A stretch of DNA of 63,739 nt, filler included, from Asterionella formosa (taxonomy: Eukaryota), in the NCBI GenBank assembly GCA_002256025.1. It is 29 parts of 29 records of this genome, joined end to end, with 100 filler letters (N's around TTAATTAATTAA, not from the genome) between each part and the next. Parts side by side here need not be neighbours in the genome. Positions count along the whole stretch, not along the records: positions 59,328 to 60,357 come from NKIB01004837.1; positions 60,458 to 61,484 come from NKIB01004838.1; positions 61,585 to 62,610 come from NKIB01004839.1; positions 62,711 to 63,739 come from NKIB01004841.1; 25 more parts are not named here. One strand, written 5' to 3'. This document shows, piece after piece, positions 59,729-63,739 of this stretch. The notes under the pieces were generated by a model that worked only from the letters and a program-made list of their open reading frames with translations, ran no database searches and was not told the origin of the DNA. Each line of letters begins with the position of its first letter. Position 1 is the first letter of the stretch. The position numbers were made by a program, and so were the translations under genes.

Positions 59729-60669
59729 ATGTGGATTCTTCTTGTCTATGTCAGCTGGACCAGCAGTTGCAGCTTTCCACTTTTCAGGTTAACCCATCTC
59801 ATCTATGTCGGCTAGACCAGCAGTAGACAACTCAACAATATCTTTGACGTCCTCATCAGCTACAAGGCATTGATGAAATGGAAATATCAGCAGCATCAGA
59901 AGTTTAGCTGTATCCACTACTTTGCTGCTCATGACGCCAATTAATTGAGATATAGTCGATGTTGGAAGACAGGTACAGAGACGAGCAGACTAATGATTCT
60001 TGTTTGACTGATGAAGCTGAAAGGTAGTTCATACAGCAACTTGATAAATAACAAAAAATTTAATCAGGGCAAAGTGTCATGCTTGTGTATTCACAGTCAT
60101 CTTATCAGTGACAATGGACGTGATACACAGTGATCAACGGCTGTATCACTGATAGAGCATTGGTCAGGGGTCCAAAGAAGCACCCAGGATACACCGGCGG
60201 TGATCTGACCAAGAAAACCAATGGTGATACACCAAAAAAGCCAAATGGCAATTTTCGTATCACATTGCGGAGATGATACATCAATGAGGACCAATGACTG
60301 AATGATAAGAATGACCCTAAGGGCCAAGCCACAAGGTGTAGTATCATTGTGTTGTATNNNNNNNNNNNNNNNNNNNNNNNNNNNNNNNNNNNNNNNNNNN
60401 NTTAATTAATTAANNNNNNNNNNNNNNNNNNNNNNNNNNNNNNNNNNNNNNNNNNNNCGCTTTGACTTTCACAGCCTCTCTACGGAGCTGCGACAGAAAA
60501 TAATAGGGAAAAACATAGTACCACCATAACCGTAGGTGCTACTTAAAGGTGCTGATAAAAGATGTAGACGTACTACCTGGTACCAGTAGTAACTCGTCAG
60601 CCTGGCTAATTATCGCGCCAGTTAATTTCATAAAAGCAATATTATGATAACTACCGGGTAGGTATGCCA

Positions 60670-61020
60670 GAACATATGGTGTTCTGTTGCTCACTTATTA
60701 CTCCGACTATCGGTTTTTAGTTTTACGATCATACAATCCTAGAACTATGATGATTTATTGTCCCACGGTAGTAGCAACAGTCCTGAATATATGGTATTCC
60801 ATTGGTTTTTAGTTTTACGATCATACGATCCTAAAATTATGATAATTTACTGTCCCACTGCAGTAGCAACAGTCATGAACATATGGTGTTCTTTGGGATC
60901 ATAATTTTACAATCATACGATCCTAAAACTATGATGATTTACTGTCCCACTGCAGTAGCAACAGTCCTGAACATATGGTGTTCTGTTGCTAGTTTACCGG
61001 TACTACTCCGACTACCCCCA
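60670..61020 (-). repeat. Minisatellite of about 91 bp, inverted copy including the same flank as 2987-3302
   Basis: Reverse complement of GGGGGTAGTCGGAGTAGTACCGGTAAACTAGCAACAGAACACCATATG plus three units. Confidence 0.93.
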
Positions 61021-62124
61021 GTATATCACTTACTATCTGCTACTGGTACCCTGTATGTATAAATGATACATTGTTATTGTCATATGATGTACCAGTACAC
61101 ATGAAGAGCTCCCGCCTAAAAAAGGGGCATTTGAACGGTCTAAATAATTAGTTTCAACGGACGTAGAAAATATCGATGCAAACAAATTTCAGAAACAATT
61201 CCGGTACACGTAGTCGTGGAAAACAATGGACATATAGTGCATTGAGTATTTTCGAATTATGTATATGCGAGTATGATCATCTCAACCATATCAGATGTTC
61301 CATATCGAGAGCGCCTTTGAATTTTATAAATGTATAACACTTGATATATATATATATTTACAAATTTTATTACTATATTCATGGCCAATTTTTTTTTTAA
61401 ATCGTTCTGTCATATTAACAAACAATGCCTGCTGCTTCATGAAAAGATACGTCGTAGTAAAGCACATGACAAGAAAAGAAAGTTNNNNNNNNNNNNNNNN
61501 NNNNNNNNNNNNNNNNNNNNNNNNNNNNTTAATTAATTAANNNNNNNNNNNNNNNNNNNNNNNNNNNNNNNNNNNNNNNNNNNNGTTGCCATCCTGACCA
61601 GGACTGTATGAAACTGGACTTCTATTGATAGCCATAACGAGCTTGTGGGTACCACCTAAAAACTGAGAGTCATACAAACTTTCAGTTTTGTACTGATAGT
61701 CATAACAAAACAGGGTAATCACACGGTTTGAGACGAATATTTGTAATATTATAAATCTGTATTAGACAAAGTCCTTCCTGTGCATATAAGGAACAGCATT
61801 GTTCATACTTAAACACTGCAATCTCGTACCAGTTCTTTAGTTATAGTAGCCCAAAATTGGCTGTCGACAGTTTTTGGTCCAAATCAGTTTTATCCCATTG
61901 AGCCTGCATGACTTTTTCAACACATAGGAGAAGCTGAAGCTATATAAATAATTAGCTTTTTTCAAGACTTTTCCGCATCATTACTATGGCATGTTTGCGC
62001 CATTGAAATTAAGTTGTGCGCCATAATAACTTGTTTATTTAAAAGTTGTTTAAGTGCTGGTGCGCCAATCAATAAATATTATAACCTAGTGGTACCTGGT
62101 ACTGGCATGATAGACTACTAGTAG

Positions 62125-62352
62125 ACCAGCGCTGCTGAAATTAAGATCCTTGTGCGAAGGTTTCGACGCAACGGAGATTTCCCGGTACCACAAACAAGAC
62201 AAGCCATACTTACCCGCTTGGGAGAGACCTCACACCGAGGAGACCAGCAGGCGCCAGCAGAAGAGATCAAAACTGCTGTGGTTCTTGCTGCGAGTCCAAT
62301 CCCCCCTATTCTCCCCCCTTGGCCTGAAGTTGACAATTGTGCTGGCACATAA
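62125..62352 (+). pseudogene. C-terminal remnant of a pogo-like transposase related to 46892-47923
   Basis: SAAEIKILVRRFRRNGDFPVPQTRQAILTRL aligns with SVPELKLMVRWYKRSGDLPVPQTRQALITRF. Confidence 0.65.
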
Positions 62353-63493
62353 GGGGGAAATTGAAATTCCAGCCGCACTGCCTTGTATGCTTCGGGCAAG
62401 GAAGAATATAAAGGGTGGCTGGCTGAGAGGAGAAATATGAAGGAAGCGACGAAACAAGGAGGCGGAAGCGGAAGCGGAGCAAGAAGGTGGAGGCAAAGGT
62501 GGAGAAGCAAACAAGCAATCAAACAAAAAATTCTCGCTTGGCTGACATCTGTCATAGTAGTAATACCAAACCAGTAGCCTGATGTAAGCAGAACACTAAT
62601 TAGTGACGAANNNNNNNNNNNNNNNNNNNNNNNNNNNNNNNNNNNNNNNNNNNNTTAATTAATTAANNNNNNNNNNNNNNNNNNNNNNNNNNNNNNNNNN
62701 NNNNNNNNNNAAAATAGCCGATAGCACATTTCTTAATAAAATTTATACATTCACAGTTCATAACAACAATGCTATCAGCAGATTCAACACTTTCACAGTT
62801 GCTGTAAAACGACTACAAAGACGACTAAACAATAACTGATTAAGTTAAGCAAAAGATGTGAAGCAAGTTATTTATTATCTTAGATTTGATTGCAGGTATA
62901 AAGGCAGCAAAATGGAGTCATTGTCAGATGGGAACAAATTGTTTGCTTACCCATAAGTACCGGAAAACTATTGTATTCATTATACTATGTGTACTCCTAG
63001 TCAACAGTCAAGACAGTACAGGTATACCAAAATTATCAATCAACTCTTATAGTACGTTAAAACTATCCAATAATCGCATTTGTGCTCAAATAAATGAATA
63101 AATGGACACAATTTGTACCGGTTTTATTCATTTGTACAGTACAACGGGACCTGTCTTTTCGTCAGCCGCACCCCCGGTTGCTTCAGACTGCCTCTCTATT
63201 GCCCTGGTCATTGTTGTGTTTTCATCATGTTTCCCTGTTTTGCTAAGTGGTGATCACCATGCATACAGACAATTTTAAGTGAAGAGTGAATTGATGATGT
63301 TTTGTTTGTAAACAAACGCCAGTCCTGCATCACATTATTTATCAATTTCAGCAAAATGACCCCAAGTTGCTGGTACTGGTACCCTGGTAGGTTCATGATG
63401 CCCAACAAGTTGTGGTAATTATGCTAAAACTAAAAGTTTAGAAACTGTTATCCCATATTTAATTGTTTGTGTAAGGTTATGGCCCCGGCTTAA

Positions 63494-63739
63494 CCCTAGT
63501 TCGGGGAAAAAATCGCAAGGGTTGTAAAAACGGCGTGGAACAGGGAGTTTCCTACTATTAATTCTCATGATTCGAGGGTCCATTTGAAAGTTTGATTTAA
63601 ATAAGAATCGGAGACAGATTGATAGAGTTCCATTTTAAAAAAATATGATATTTAAAGTCAACGTTTATACTTTTTCTACATTGCTGTATGGAGACTTAAT
63701 TTTGCTCAATGCCAAAACACATAAATAAATTAGGAGTAT
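63494..63739 (+). mobile_element. Possible piggyBac-like terminus
   Basis: TTAA (63490-63493) followed by CCCTAGTTCGGGG and non-coding sequence. Only one end is visible. Confidence 0.25.

Overview
This is not continuous chromosome. It is 29 unrelated contigs (27 of about 1.03 kb, two of about 16.5 kb) joined by 28 artificial 100-nt spacers (N44-TTAATTAATTAA-N44), so adjacency across a spacer means nothing and ORFs ending in X...LIN are artefacts. The source is a eukaryote, very probably a diatom: short GT-AG introns, signal peptide plus ASAFAP-like plastid targeting, a DUF6824 protein, a PGRL1 fragment and diatom-type retroelements. Genes on the long contigs are a fucosyltransferase-like glycosyltransferase, a 5-exon CBM20-TPS-TPP trehalose-phosphate gene, a C3H-finger/KOW protein, a GT90 glycosyltransferase, a plastid-targeted PLP aminotransferase, a plastid protein of unknown function and two head-to-head cathepsin-L-like proteases. 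The short contigs are mostly transposon debris (LINE, Copia, Gypsy, PIF/Harbinger, pogo-like, MITE), plus a J-protein, an LRR-ARM gene and a 2OG-Fe(II) oxygenase. The most unusual signals are: (1) a dispersed non-coding rod hairpin with five periodic CGAG/CGAG (tandem G.A) motifs and compensatory changes between two copies (12802-12950 +, 32523-32681 -); (2) a complete tRNA-Ala-derived SINE with a 16-bp TSD (50501-50708); (3) a repeat carrying a 2OG-Fe(II) oxygenase, whose second copy is fused to a captured PGRL1 fragment; (4) dense GTAC/TACCWGGTA palindromes next to gene starts. All calls are by eye; no database search or folding program was run.
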